From Gammaproteobacteria bacterium (GTDB lineage: Bacteria; Pseudomonadota; Gammaproteobacteria; Eutrophobiales; Eutrophobiaceae): a stretch of 64,000 nt of DNA. The notes under the pieces were generated by a model. That model saw only the letters and a list, made by a program, of their open reading frames with translations. It did no database searches and was not told the origin of the DNA. The stretch lies in the NCBI GenBank assembly GCA_965222155.1, contig CBDCTH010000012.1, positions 2,560,001-2,624,000 of the forward strand. The letters are read 5' to 3'. The translations under genes were made by a program, and so were the position numbers. Positions 1-10,091 of this stretch are shown piece after piece. Positions within the stretch are counted from its first letter, which is position 1, and each line of letters starts with the position of its first letter.

Positions 1-1
1 G

Positions 2-808
2 AACCTGCATAGTGCGGGACATTTGCATGGGGTTTGGAACCGTACCCGTCGTAAAGCGGAACGTCTTGCCGGACAAACGGGCGCAGTTTTGTTTGAAACG
101 CCGGGTGATCTGGCCGGCGCATGTGAACTTATTCTCCTGTGCGTATCCCGGGATGGTGACGTCATGGAAATGGTGGAGCAGGTTGCTGCAACTGCAACAG
201 CAGGCACGATTGTTGTGGATACCTCCACCGTCAGCAGTAACACGGCGCAACTCGCGGCGGCGATGCTGGCGGAAACAGACGTGGCTTTTCTGGATTGCCC
301 CGTCTCGGGCGGCGTTGAAGGGGCTAAAAACGGTACCCTGGCCATGATGGTGGGCGGTGACCCCGAAGTACTGGCAAAAGCGCAAGAGACACTGGCGTCG
401 ATTGCCGCAACGATTACTTTGATCGGCCCTAGCGGCAGTGGCCAGGCCTGTAAGGCGGTGAATCAAATCATGTGCGCCGGTGTCAATCAGGCTGTGACTG
501 AAGCCCTGGCTTTCGGCGAGGCCATGGGGCTGGATATGGGAAAAGTCGTGGACGTGGTGGCGAAGGGTGCTGCCGGCAACTGGTTTCTGGACCATCGCGG
601 CAAGACCATGCTGGTCGATGATAACGCTACCGGGTTCAAGTTAAATCTGCATCACAAGGACCTGACTATCTGTAAAGTCATGATGAAGGACCTGGAAAAT
701 ATCTCCCTGCCGCTGGTTGATACCACCCTTAAGCAGTATGAGCAATTGATGGAACATGGATTCGGCGATGAAGACATTTCCGCCCTGTACCGGCTGAAAA
801 GACCCTGA
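2..808 (+). CDS. NAD(P)-dependent oxidoreductase, beta-hydroxyacid dehydrogenase (3-hydroxyisobutyrate DH/tartronate semialdehyde reductase) family; 5' end lies outside the window
   Basis: Frame open from the window edge; motifs VWNRT, FLDCPVSGG, GSGQACKAVNQ. Confidence 0.9.
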   Translation, partial: NLHSAGHLHGVWNRTRRKAERLAGQTGAVLFETPGDLAGACELILLCVSRDGDVMEMVEQVAATATAGTIVVDTSTVSSNTAQLAAAMLAETDVAFLDCPVSGGVEGAKNGTLAMMVGGDPEVLAKAQETLASIAATITLIGPSGSGQACKAVNQIMCAGVNQAVTEALAFGEAMGLDMGKVVDVVAKGAAGNWFLDHRGKTMLVDDNATGFKLNLHHKDLTICKVMMKDLENISLPLVDTTLKQYEQLMEHGFGDEDISALYRLKRP

Positions 809-935
809 AATTTGCGTGATTTATTCGTCTGCAGGTTGACGAAGCTCGAAAAATATGCAGAATAACGCATCTCACAGGTATTCTGCCTGAGCAGCAACAA
901 ACCCCGTTAATCGAAAAATTATCTGACTACGGATT

Positions 936-1706
936 ATGACAGTGAATGACAAATCACCGGCCATTGAGGTCAGGGGGCTGGATAAACGCTTCGGACCTAT
1001 TCATGCCGTACGGAATGTTTCCTTCTCCGTAAACCATGGCGAGGTCCTGGGATTCCTGGGCCCTAACGGCGCCGGCAAGTCTACCACCATGAAGATGATT
1101 ACCGGTTTCCTTGAGCCGACCGATGGTACCGTGCTGGTCAACGGACATGACGTCCTGACGGACCCCATCAGCGTGAAGGCCTCTATCGGCTACCTGCCGG
1201 AAGGCGCGCCGGCTTATGCGGAGATGACGGTAATCCGCTTTTTGGAATTCGTAGCCGAGATACGAGGCTATAACGGCGCTGAAAAACAACAGCGAATCGA
1301 TAAGGTTATCAATCAGGTGCACCTGGATACCGTCCTGGATCAGACCTTCGAGACCTTGTCTAAAGGCTTCAAACGCCGCGTCGGGGTGGCCCAGGCCTTG
1401 TTGCACGACCCCGATGTACTGATCATGGACGAACCCACGGACGGTCTTGACCCGAACCAGAAGCATGAAGTGAGGAGTTTGATTAAGGAAATGGCTGAGA
1501 ATAAGGCTATCGTCATTTCTACCCACATCCTGGAGGAGGTCGATGCCGTTTGCAGTCGGGCGATTATTATTGCCGCCGGCCGGATCCTGTTTGACGGTAC
1601 ACCGGCTGAACTGCGGGCGCAGTCCGGGATTAATGACTATGATGACGCGTTCCGCACCATTACCAGCAGGTTCTATTCCAGCCAGGGAGAGGCGGCCCAG
1701 TCATGA
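936..1706 (+). CDS. ABC transporter ATP-binding protein (GldA-like)
   Basis: Walker A GPNGAGKST, signature LSKGFKRR, Walker B LIMDEPT. Confidence 0.95.
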   Translation: MTVNDKSPAIEVRGLDKRFGPIHAVRNVSFSVNHGEVLGFLGPNGAGKSTTMKMITGFLEPTDGTVLVNGHDVLTDPISVKASIGYLPEGAPAYAEMTVIRFLEFVAEIRGYNGAEKQQRIDKVINQVHLDTVLDQTFETLSKGFKRRVGVAQALLHDPDVLIMDEPTDGLDPNQKHEVRSLIKEMAENKAIVISTHILEEVDAVCSRAIIIAAGRILFDGTPAELRAQSGINDYDDAFRTITSRFYSSQGEAAQS

Positions 1707-2440
1707 CTAAAAATATCAAGGCCATATTCAAACGTGAATTGTACAGTTATTTCCATACTCCCGTCGCCTATGTCTTTATTATAATCTTCCTGTTCCTGAC
1801 CGGCATATTCAGTTTTTACCTGGGGGCATTCTATGAACGCGGCCAGGCTGACCTGGAGCCTTTTTTCCGGTTTCATCCATGGCTTTACCTGTTTCTGATA
1901 CCTGCTATTGCCATGCGACTCTGGTCTGAAGAGAGGAAGACCGGCACCATTGAACTGCTTATGACACTGCCGATTTCGGTCATGGACGCGGTGCTGGGTA
2001 AATATCTTGCCGCATGGTGCTTTACGGCAATTGCTCTGGCACTGACTTTCCCCATGTGGATCACCGTAAATTATCTCGGCGAACCGGATAACACCGTTAT
2101 TCTCGCCAGTTACCTCGGCAGCCTGCTGATGGCGGGCGGTTTTCTGGCCGTCGGCTCCTGTATCTCAGCCCTGTCTAAAAGCCAGGTCATTGCATTCGTG
2201 ATCAGTGTCGTCATCTGTTTCCTGTTTATCCTCAGCGGCTTTCCGCTGGTGCTGGATTTTTTCCAGGGCTGGGCGCCACAGGCACTGGTGGAAGTGATTT
2301 CATCGCTCAGTTTTCTGACCCACTTCGATTCAATCAATAAAGGAGTGATCGATATGCGCGATCTGATTTATTATCTCGTGCTTATCTCCTTCTGGCTGTA
2401 TGCCAACGTAGTGGTTATCGATTCCCGTAAAGCCGATTGA
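1703..2440 (+). CDS. ABC-2 type permease (GldF-like)
   Basis: Multiple TM segments, MRLWSEERKTGTIELL motif; ATGA overlap with the ATPase gene. Confidence 0.93.
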   Translation: MTKNIKAIFKRELYSYFHTPVAYVFIIIFLFLTGIFSFYLGAFYERGQADLEPFFRFHPWLYLFLIPAIAMRLWSEERKTGTIELLMTLPISVMDAVLGKYLAAWCFTAIALALTFPMWITVNYLGEPDNTVILASYLGSLLMAGGFLAVGSCISALSKSQVIAFVISVVICFLFILSGFPLVLDFFQGWAPQALVEVISSLSFLTHFDSINKGVIDMRDLIYYLVLISFWLYANVVVIDSRKAD

Positions 2441-2449
2441 GAAACAGGT

Positions 2450-4312
2450 ATGAAATATAGACGACTCTTATCAGGCTCGGGCATCCTTGTGGCGGCCGTA
2501 TTGGCGGTGGCCCTGATCACAATCAACAACAACCTGTTTACCGGTGTCCGGCTTGACTTGACGGAAAATAAACTTTTCACGTTGTCAAACGGCACCATCA
2601 ATATCATCAGCACACTGGAAGAACCGATTTCCCTGGATTTCTACCTGTCCCGGAAGACCCTGGCAGACTTCCCGCAACTGATGAATTACGCTAACCGGGT
2701 GCGCGACCTGTTGGAAGAATATGCGGCAAAATCGGGCGCTAAAATTGCATTGTCCATTATCGAACCGGAGCCTTTCTCGGAGGAAGAAGACCAGGCTGTA
2801 GCCAGCGGTTTAAACGGGATTTCCGTTAATGCCGCAGGTGACCGCGCCTACTTCGGACTGGTAGGTGTCAACTCTACTGATGATGAAGCCAATATTCCAT
2901 TTTTTCAGACAAGCCGGGAACAGGCGCTGGAATACGACATTACCAAGCTGATCTATAACCTTGCCAACCCGGAAAAGCGCGTGGTCGGCGTCATGTCGGG
3001 TTTGCCCTTGTTCGGCAATCCCACGCAAGGGGTCAGCGAACGCTGGGCTATCATTAACGTCATGGAGGAGTTCTTCGAAGTGCGCAATATCGGCGTCAGT
3101 ACTGACCGGGTCGATGAAGACGTCGATGTATTAATGGTCGTCCATCCCAAGGGTTTCACTGAGCAGACCTTGTTTGCGATAGACCAGTTTTTACTTAAGG
3201 GCGGTCATGCCATGTTGTTTGTTGACCCCCTGGCTGAAGGGGACAACGCCGAACCGGACCCGGCAAACCCGTATGTCATGCCGGACATGTCCTCCAGCCT
3301 GGAAATATTGCTGGATGGCTGGGGTGTGGAAGTCGACACAAGCAAAATTGCCGCAGATATCAACCTGGCCATGCGGGTGCAGACCCAGGGCGCCCGCGGC
3401 CCCCAGGAGAGTAATTATCTGCCCTGGATGCAACTGGGGATTGACAACTTAAACCGTGAGGACTTCAGCACCAGTGAGTTGAACCTCATCCACATGGGTA
3501 GCGCAGGGATTATCGAACGGCTGGAAGATGCGACCATTGAATTTACCCCGTTGCTGCAGACCACCACGGACTCGATGAAAATGGAAAGAGACCTGATTTT
3601 CTTCCAACGGGACCCCAATGTGATGCTGGCAAATTTCGAATCGGAGAATAAAGCACTGGTACTTGCGGCTAGGATCAGCGGCAACGTCCCCAGCGCATAT
3701 CCCGATGGTTTGCCGAAAGAGGATGAGGAAGGAGAAACTGCCTCCATGGGTGATGTGATCAAGGAGGGCAGGATCGATGCTGTCCTGGTTGGGGATACCG
3801 ACATCCTGGCGGATCATTTCTGGATCAGGATGCAAAATTTCTTCGGGGTGCAAATACCCCAGAGTATTGCCAATAATGGCGACTTCGTCATCAATACACT
3901 GGATAACCTGGCGGGCAATACCGACCTGATAAGCCTGCGCAGCCGGGGCGAGTTTTCCCGACCGTTTACCGTGGTTGAGGAGATACGCCGGGATGCGGAA
4001 ACCCAGTTCCGCGCACAGGAGCAGGCATTACAGACCCGTCTGGAAGAAACGGAACAGAAAATTGCCCAGTTACAACAGGAAGGCGGTGAAGGCGCGTTAT
4101 TGCTGACCCAGGAACAGGCCGCGGAAATTGAAAAGTTCCGGCTGGAACAAATCAAGACCCGGAAGGAACTACGCGCTGTCCAGCACGAACTGCAAAAGAA
4201 TATCGAGCGCCTGGGCACGCTACTCAAATTTATCAATATCGGTTTAATACCGTTATTCATCGCGCTGCTTGCCCTGTTTGCGGGTATTCGCCACGCGCGC
4301 CGCAAAGCTTGA
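2450..4312 (+). CDS. GldG-family ABC auxiliary component
   Basis: N-terminal TM, RLDLTENKLFTLS motif, IDQFLLKGG, C-terminal coiled coil and TM. Confidence 0.9.
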   Translation: MKYRRLLSGSGILVAAVLAVALITINNNLFTGVRLDLTENKLFTLSNGTINIISTLEEPISLDFYLSRKTLADFPQLMNYANRVRDLLEEYAAKSGAKIALSIIEPEPFSEEEDQAVASGLNGISVNAAGDRAYFGLVGVNSTDDEANIPFFQTSREQALEYDITKLIYNLANPEKRVVGVMSGLPLFGNPTQGVSERWAIINVMEEFFEVRNIGVSTDRVDEDVDVLMVVHPKGFTEQTLFAIDQFLLKGGHAMLFVDPLAEGDNAEPDPANPYVMPDMSSSLEILLDGWGVEVDTSKIAADINLAMRVQTQGARGPQESNYLPWMQLGIDNLNREDFSTSELNLIHMGSAGIIERLEDATIEFTPLLQTTTDSMKMERDLIFFQRDPNVMLANFESENKALVLAARISGNVPSAYPDGLPKEDEEGETASMGDVIKEGRIDAVLVGDTDILADHFWIRMQNFFGVQIPQSIANNGDFVINTLDNLAGNTDLISLRSRGEFSRPFTVVEEIRRDAETQFRAQEQALQTRLEETEQKIAQLQQEGGEGALLLTQEQAAEIEKFRLEQIKTRKELRAVQHELQKNIERLGTLLKFINIGLIPLFIALLALFAGIRHARRKA

Positions 4313-5394
4313 TGAATAACAGGTATATCATAGTCACAGTCCTGACACTTGTTGTCGTCATTGCGGCAGTTATCGTCAGTCAGCAAAGGGCGCCGCAAAC
4401 AAGCATGGTTAAAACCAGGTTGTTCCCGGAGCTTGCTGAGAAAATTAATGATGTGAGCGAATTGATTATCCGTGACAATCAAACCGTGCTGACTGTTCAC
4501 CGTGTATCGGGCAAGTGGGGTATTGCGGAATCCGATGGTTACCCCGCCCAGGTGGATAAGGTAAAGCAAACCGTGCTTGCCGTCTCCGACCTCAACATTG
4601 TTGCAGACAAGACAAATAATCCTGATCTCTATAAGAGGCTGGGCGTTGAGGATCCTGACAGCCAGGGGTCTACCTCCCACTTGTTGACGCTGACAAGTGA
4701 CGGGGATGAGCTGGCAAAACTGATTGTCGGCAACACCAGGCGAAGCAAGTCCGCATCCAGCGCCCCGGGTTTGTACGTTCGTATTCCCGGACAGCAACAG
4801 GCTCTGCTGGTAGAAGGCAGGCTAACGGTCAGCGCAGACATTATTCAGTGGATCAAACGGGATATCATCAATATCGAGGGGGATCGGGTCAGTGCCGTTA
4901 AAATACGGCCCACAGGCGAGCCGGAGGTTGTTCTGAAAAGAGATAATCTCGGGGATGATCTGGAATTACAAAATATCCCGGAGGGCAAGGTACAACAATC
5001 CGAATACCTTATCAGCCGTATGGCGACCCTACTGGAAAATATATTCGTGGATGGGGTAAGAAAGAAGGACAGTATTGATAACACCAGGCCAGATGCCAGG
5101 ATCAACGTTACAACGTTCGATGGTTTGATAGCGAACATAGAGGTCATGAAAAGCGCTGAACATACCTATGCACTGTTTTCATTTTCAGCACAGGTTGACC
5201 GTACAATTACGGAACACACTGCAGATGAAAGCTCCGGGGAGAGTGATGCTGAGGAAGAAGTAGAGGTAACTCCGGAACAGGAGGCCGAAACCCTGAACAA
5301 CCTGGTAGAAGGCTGGGCCTACCAGTTATCCACATCAAAGGCGGAGTTGTTCAACCAGTCCTTATCTGACCTGATAAGGGACCCTGAGGGATAA
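4309..5394 (+). CDS. DUF4340-like membrane-anchored periplasmic protein
   Basis: N-terminal TM; fourth gene of a gldAFG-like operon; LIVG..YVR motif. Confidence 0.75.
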   Translation: MMNNRYIIVTVLTLVVVIAAVIVSQQRAPQTSMVKTRLFPELAEKINDVSELIIRDNQTVLTVHRVSGKWGIAESDGYPAQVDKVKQTVLAVSDLNIVADKTNNPDLYKRLGVEDPDSQGSTSHLLTLTSDGDELAKLIVGNTRRSKSASSAPGLYVRIPGQQQALLVEGRLTVSADIIQWIKRDIINIEGDRVSAVKIRPTGEPEVVLKRDNLGDDLELQNIPEGKVQQSEYLISRMATLLENIFVDGVRKKDSIDNTRPDARINVTTFDGLIANIEVMKSAEHTYALFSFSAQVDRTITEHTADESSGESDAEEEVEVTPEQEAETLNNLVEGWAYQLSTSKAELFNQSLSDLIRDPEG

Positions 5395-5560
5395 TATCGA
5401 AGCGCCCTGTCATGCTGGTGAAGGCCAGCATCCGGATACCCAGCCCTGTGATTTCTGTGCCATCTGCAGCTTTTTTCACTAATTTTTAATCGCTAACCAT
5501 TTGTTTTATATATAAAAACAAAAAAAGTCATGTTTTTTTAAAAAAAATTGCAATTTTCTG

Positions 5561-5597
5561 TTGCATTGCACAAATTATTCGGTTATGATGCGTTGCA
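5561..5597 (+). promoter_or_regulatory. Sigma70 promoter of the phasin gene overlapped by two PhaR-type TGC-N3-GCA boxes
   Basis: TTGCAT 5561-5566, 17-bp spacer, TATGAT 5584-5589; TGCATTGCA 5562-5570 and TGCGTTGCA 5589-5597. Confidence 0.65.
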
Positions 5598-5626
5598 ACA
5601 TTAACTTAACAGAGGAGACATCCGCT

Positions 5627-6010
5627 ATGAATACACAAACCGATAAATATTTTGAACCCGTCAGGGAGATCAATGCCCTGGCACTGGAAAACGTTGAGAA
5701 ACTGCTGGATATTCAACTGAAATCAATCAACGATACAGCCAGGCTTGGCGTAGAGCAGTTGAAGTCTGCAACCGACGTCAAGGACGCTGATAGCCTGAAA
5801 CAATATTTTACCGACCAGGCTGATTTGGTGAAATCTCTCGGCGAACGTTTTGTTAAAGACACGCAGGCTGCATTGGAACTTGGCACCAGCTATAGCGAAA
5901 AGGTACAGCAGATCATGACGGAGACCATCAAGCCGGAGACTATTTTAAAAGCTGCGGCAGCAAGTACAGAATCGGCAACTGTCGCTAAAGCTGCTCCCAA
6001 AAGCAAATAA
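5627..6010 (+). CDS. phaP: Phasin family (PHA granule-associated) protein
   Basis: RBS GAGGAG before ATG 5627; helical 127-aa protein (ENVEKLLDIQL...VKDADSL) with an Ala/Lys-rich tail. Confidence 0.8.
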   Translation: MNTQTDKYFEPVREINALALENVEKLLDIQLKSINDTARLGVEQLKSATDVKDADSLKQYFTDQADLVKSLGERFVKDTQAALELGTSYSEKVQQIMTETIKPETILKAAAASTESATVAKAAPKSK

Positions 6011-6066
6011 GCAGTCAAACTATCCCTCCTTACCGCTGGCTTTCCCCCTAAAGCCTGCGGTTGGTT

Positions 6067-6091
6067 AGCCGCCCGAAAGGGCGGCTTTTTT
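6067..6091 (+). terminator. Rho-independent terminator after the phasin gene
   Basis: AGCCGCCC-GAAA-GGGCGGCT followed by a T run. Confidence 0.9.
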
Positions 6092-6145
6092 ATTTCTACC
6101 CTGTTAAAATAGCGGCTATTATTCACAAAATACTACCCGCATACT

Positions 6146-7054
6146 ATGACGTTCCAGGAATTGATTGTCGCCTTGCAGCAGTATTGGTCAGAGCAGGGTT
6201 GCGTTATACAACAACCCTATGATATGGAAGTGGGGGCCGGCACTTTTCATCCGGCCACTTTCCTGCGTGCTATCGGCCCTGAGCCATGGAATGCCGCGTA
6301 CGTACAGCCTTCCAGACGGCCCACTGATGGACGTTATGGTGAAAATCCAAACCGCCTGCAACGTTATTACCAGTTCCAGGTGATATTAAAACCCTCCCCG
6401 GCTGATATCCAGGAACTCTACCTGAAATCATTACAACACCTGGGAATTGACACGCTCACCCATGACGTTCGATTTATTGAAGACAATTGGGAATCACCAA
6501 CACTGGGCGCCTGGGGGCTGGGCTGGGAAGTCTGGTTAAACGGCATGGAGATAAGTCAGTTCACATACTTTCAACAGGTCGGAGGGCTGGAGTGCAGACC
6601 GGTTTCCGGTGAGATCACCTACGGCCTGGAACGAATAGCCGTCTACCTGCAAAACATAGACAATGTATACGACCTGGTCTGGGTCAATGCTGATGACGGC
6701 CCGGTAACCTACGGCGCTATCCACCACCAGGATGAAGTGGAAATGTCTACCTATAATTTCGAGAAGGCAGACACAGAACACCTGTTCCGCTGGTTTGACG
6801 AATGTGAAACGCAGAGCTTGAAGCTGGTTGAGGACGACCTGCCCTTACCCGCCTACGAACTGGTGCTGAAAGCATCCCATATCTTCAACCTGCTGGATGC
6901 CAGACACGCCATCAGCGTAACCGAACGGCAACGATTCATACTGAGGGTCAGAACAACGGCGCGAGCGGTAGCCCGGAGTTATTACGACAAACGGGAACAA
7001 CTGGGATTTCCATTATGTAAACAGCAGCCACAGAGAACACCCATAGCCACATAG
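6146..7054 (+). CDS. glyQ: Glycine--tRNA ligase alpha subunit
   Basis: [43 protein letters not shown]. Confidence 0.99.
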   Translation: MTFQELIVALQQYWSEQGCVIQQPYDMEVGAGTFHPATFLRAIGPEPWNAAYVQPSRRPTDGRYGENPNRLQRYYQFQVILKPSPADIQELYLKSLQHLGIDTLTHDVRFIEDNWESPTLGAWGLGWEVWLNGMEISQFTYFQQVGGLECRPVSGEITYGLERIAVYLQNIDNVYDLVWVNADDGPVTYGAIHHQDEVEMSTYNFEKADTEHLFRWFDECETQSLKLVEDDLPLPAYELVLKASHIFNLLDARHAISVTERQRFILRVRTTARAVARSYYDKREQLGFPLCKQQPQRTPIAT

Positions 7055-7089
7055 GACATAGAGAGTACTGAGTTTGACAGTGTCAGTCC

Positions 7090-7180
7090 CGTTATTCCGG
7101 GCTTGACCCGGAATCCAGTGAAATACATTATTCCTTATAGGGAATTAATTGGCTGGATTCCGGTATTCACCAGAATAACG
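7090..7180. repeat. CGTC-type REP doublet (REPIN-like) between glyQ and glyS
   Basis: CGTTATTCCGGGCTTGACCCGGAATCCAG ... CTGGATTCCGGTATTCACCAGAATAACG as an inverted pair. Confidence 0.8.
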
Positions 7181-7206
7181 CGCTCCCTTTGGCTAATATA
7201 GCGGAT

Positions 7207-9276
7207 ATGACCGAAACAAAAGACTTATTGCTCGAAATTGGCGCGGAAGAGCTGCCGCCAAAGTCGTTGGCGCGCCTGGCGTCGGCCCTTGCCGACGGTA
7301 TCCACCAGGGATTACAGGACAAAGCCCTTGAGCACGGAGATTTTTCCTGGTTTGCCACCCCGCGCCGGCTTGCAGTCATAGTTCGCGACCTCGCAGTTAC
7401 CCAGGCGGATAGTCAGGTAGTAAAACGCGGACCGGCAACCGCTTCGGCATTTGACCAGGCAGGCAATCCCACCAAGGCAGCCGAGGGTTTTGCCCGCTCC
7501 TGTGGTGTAAAGGTGGAAGACCTGGAGCACCTGGAAACGGACAAGGGCAGTTGGTTGTCATACAAATTCCTGGCACAAGGGGCGCGAACCGACGAACTGG
7601 TGTCGGATATTATCAATCGAGCGCTTGCCGGATTACCCATATCCAAACGCATGCGCTGGGGTGATAACGACACCGAGTTTGTCCGACCCGTCCATTGGGT
7701 GGTGTTGCTGTTCGGCAGTGACGTTATCCGCACAACCATCCTGGGTATAGAAACAGGACGGGAAACCTGTGGCCACCGCTTTCACCATCCTGAAGCAATC
7801 AAATTATCCGATGCCGACGAGTATTTAAACAGGTTACTTACAGAGGGTCGTGTAATCGCCGACTTCAGCGAGAGAAAAAATCAAATCAGACAAGCCGTAA
7901 TCGAGTCTGGACAAGCTTGTGGCGGGCGGGCGCTGATCGATGAAGATTTACTGGATGAAGCAACCGCACTGGTGGAATGGCCCGTCGCCATAACCGGATC
8001 ATTCGATAATGATTTCCTTAAACTCCCTAAAGAGGTACTCATCGCGACCATGCAGTCACACCAGAAATATTTCCCCGTGCTGCATTCCGACACCGGTGAA
8101 TTGACTGCCGATTTTATCACTATAGCCAATATCGTCAGCGCGTCTCCTGACACAATCAAACGGGGAAATGAACGGGTTATCCGGCCGCGACTGAGTGATG
8201 CTGCGTTTTTCTGGGAGCGTGATCGCAAACAACCTCTGGAACATTTCAACCCACAAACAAACAAGGTCGTCTTCCAGCAAAAACTTGGAACTGTTGCAGA
8301 CAAAACCGCGCGCATCAAAAACCTCGGGGTATTTATTGCGGGACAACTGGGGGTCAAGCCAGACCTGGTAGAACGCGCGTCCTACCTGGCAAAATGCGAC
8401 TTGTTGACCGATATGGTCGGCGAGTTGCCGGAACTGCAAGGGATTATGGGACGCTATTATGCCTTGGAGAGTAATGAACACCCTGAAGTCGCCCAGGCGC
8501 TGGATGAACAGTATATGCCGAGGTATGCCGGTGCTGCTTTGCCGGAAACAGCCACGGGAAAGATACTCGCGCTGGCCGATAAACTGGATACCCTGGTCGG
8601 GATTTTTGCCGTCGGTAAGGCGCCCACCGGTGATAAGGATCCTTTCGGCCTGCGTCGCGCGGGTCTGGGGTGTTTGCGGATCATGATTGAATGCGCGTTG
8701 CCCCTGGACCTGGAAGCCTGTATAGCGCGTTCTTCCAGCACGTTTCCGGACGATATCAATGCCCGGTCAATCGCGTCTGAGGTGTTTGATTTTATGCTGG
8801 AGAGACTGCGGCGTTATTACCTCGATAACGGCGTCAGCCCCGCCGTATTCGACGCGGTACAGGCCTGCCGGCCGACGCAGCCCCATGATTTCAACCTGCG
8901 GGTGCTGGCAGTGGGTGAATTCCTGCAATTACCTGAATCAGACAGCCTGGTGACAGCCAACAAGCGTATCCGGAATATCCTGAGACAGGCAGAGTATACT
9001 GGTGAGACCGGCGCGGATGAAACATTGCTTGTTGAAAAAACGGAGATAGATCTCTATAAACAAATACATGCATGCGGGGCAGGGGAGCATATCGGACGCG
9101 GCGATTACGGCGCCGTGCTGTCTGCCCTGGCCGGCCTGAGAGATCATGTGGACGCCTTTTTTGATGAAGTCATGGTCTTGTGCGATGACATGAAACTGAG
9201 AAATAATCGTCTTGCCTTATTAAACGAGTTGAGAAAACTGTTCCTTACCAGCGCGGACATCTCCAGACTACAATGA
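7207..9276 (+). CDS. glyS: Glycine--tRNA ligase beta subunit
   Basis: LLLEIGAEELPP, ATPRRLAV, KRMRWG, FVRPVHW, DPFGLRR, NRLALL. Confidence 0.99.
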   Translation: MTETKDLLLEIGAEELPPKSLARLASALADGIHQGLQDKALEHGDFSWFATPRRLAVIVRDLAVTQADSQVVKRGPATASAFDQAGNPTKAAEGFARSCGVKVEDLEHLETDKGSWLSYKFLAQGARTDELVSDIINRALAGLPISKRMRWGDNDTEFVRPVHWVVLLFGSDVIRTTILGIETGRETCGHRFHHPEAIKLSDADEYLNRLLTEGRVIADFSERKNQIRQAVIESGQACGGRALIDEDLLDEATALVEWPVAITGSFDNDFLKLPKEVLIATMQSHQKYFPVLHSDTGELTADFITIANIVSASPDTIKRGNERVIRPRLSDAAFFWERDRKQPLEHFNPQTNKVVFQQKLGTVADKTARIKNLGVFIAGQLGVKPDLVERASYLAKCDLLTDMVGELPELQGIMGRYYALESNEHPEVAQALDEQYMPRYAGAALPETATGKILALADKLDTLVGIFAVGKAPTGDKDPFGLRRAGLGCLRIMIECALPLDLEACIARSSSTFPDDINARSIASEVFDFMLERLRRYYLDNGVSPAVFDAVQACRPTQPHDFNLRVLAVGEFLQLPESDSLVTANKRIRNILRQAEYTGETGADETLLVEKTEIDLYKQIHACGAGEHIGRGDYGAVLSALAGLRDHVDAFFDEVMVLCDDMKLRNNRLALLNELRKLFLTSADISRLQ

Positions 9277-9812
9277 AACTCATCATACTCGATATGGATG
9301 GCGTGATTAACCGTGATTCGGATGACTATATCAAAACGGAACAGGAATGGGAGGCCATCCCCGGCAGCCTGCAGGCAATAGCGCGGCTTAATCATAGCGG
9401 TTTTCATGTCGTCACCGCGACCAATCAGTCAGGACTGGCCAGGGGCAAGCTGACGCTGAGAGAGTTGAACAGGATTCACAAGAAAATGCATACTCACCTG
9501 GCCCAGTACGGCGCTGTCATTGAGGCTGTTTTTTTCTGTCCCCATGACCCGGACGAGGGCTGCGCCTGCCGTAAACCCAAACCGGGATTGTTCAGGGAGA
9601 TTGAAAGAAGGCTGCATACGTCCCTGGACGGTGTTCCCGTCATAGGCGATCGGCTGAGTGACATCCAGGCTACGCAAGCCGTCGGCGCCAGGCCCATCCT
9701 GGTCAGGACCGGTAAAGGACAAGGACAACTGGATGAAGGCCTTATTCCGGACAACATTCCCGTCTATGATGATTTGGCGCAGGCGACATCGGCGTTACTT
9801 GCCGGGAAGTAA
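9273..9812 (+). CDS. gmhB: D-glycero-beta-D-manno-heptose 1,7-bisphosphate phosphatase
   Basis: HAD motif LDMDGVIN, TNQSG, CPH-x5-CxCRKPKPG; conserved position after glyS. Confidence 0.95.
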   Translation: MKLIILDMDGVINRDSDDYIKTEQEWEAIPGSLQAIARLNHSGFHVVTATNQSGLARGKLTLRELNRIHKKMHTHLAQYGAVIEAVFFCPHDPDEGCACRKPKPGLFREIERRLHTSLDGVPVIGDRLSDIQATQAVGARPILVRTGKGQGQLDEGLIPDNIPVYDDLAQATSALLAGK

Positions 9813-9883
9813 CAATAATGAATTATACGGCTGGGATGATCATAATTAACCAGTCGACCATCCTTTGTTTGCAGGAATCCAAC

Positions 9884-9985
9884 GCCGTCATACCAGCGTA
9901 TGCCGTCATACCAGCGTATGCCATCATACCAGCGTATGCCATCATACCAGCGTATGCCGTCATACCGGCGTATGCCGGTATCCAG
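9884..9985 (+). repeat. Five tandem 18-bp units of a REP left arm, ending in a complete CGTC-type REP
   Basis: (GCCRTCATACCRGCGTAT)x5 then GCCGGTATCCAG. Confidence 0.9.
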
Positions 9986-10091
9986 TCACGTAACCTATCC
10001 ATTTCTGTCCTCAGAACAGATAAGACACAGGTATGACCGAGCGCCTTGATGGAAAAGCAGGTGTCAGTCCTTTTATGCAGGATATGCCTGG

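Noticed and set aside
3814-4797. 327-aa minus-strand ORF
   Set aside because: Antisense shadow of the GldG and DUF4340 genes
9884-9985. Possible CRISPR array
   Set aside because: Units are contiguous with no spacers, and no cas genes are present
9818-10036. 72-aa ORF with VIPAYA repeats
   Set aside because: It is the translation of the tandem REP arms, with no other coding signal
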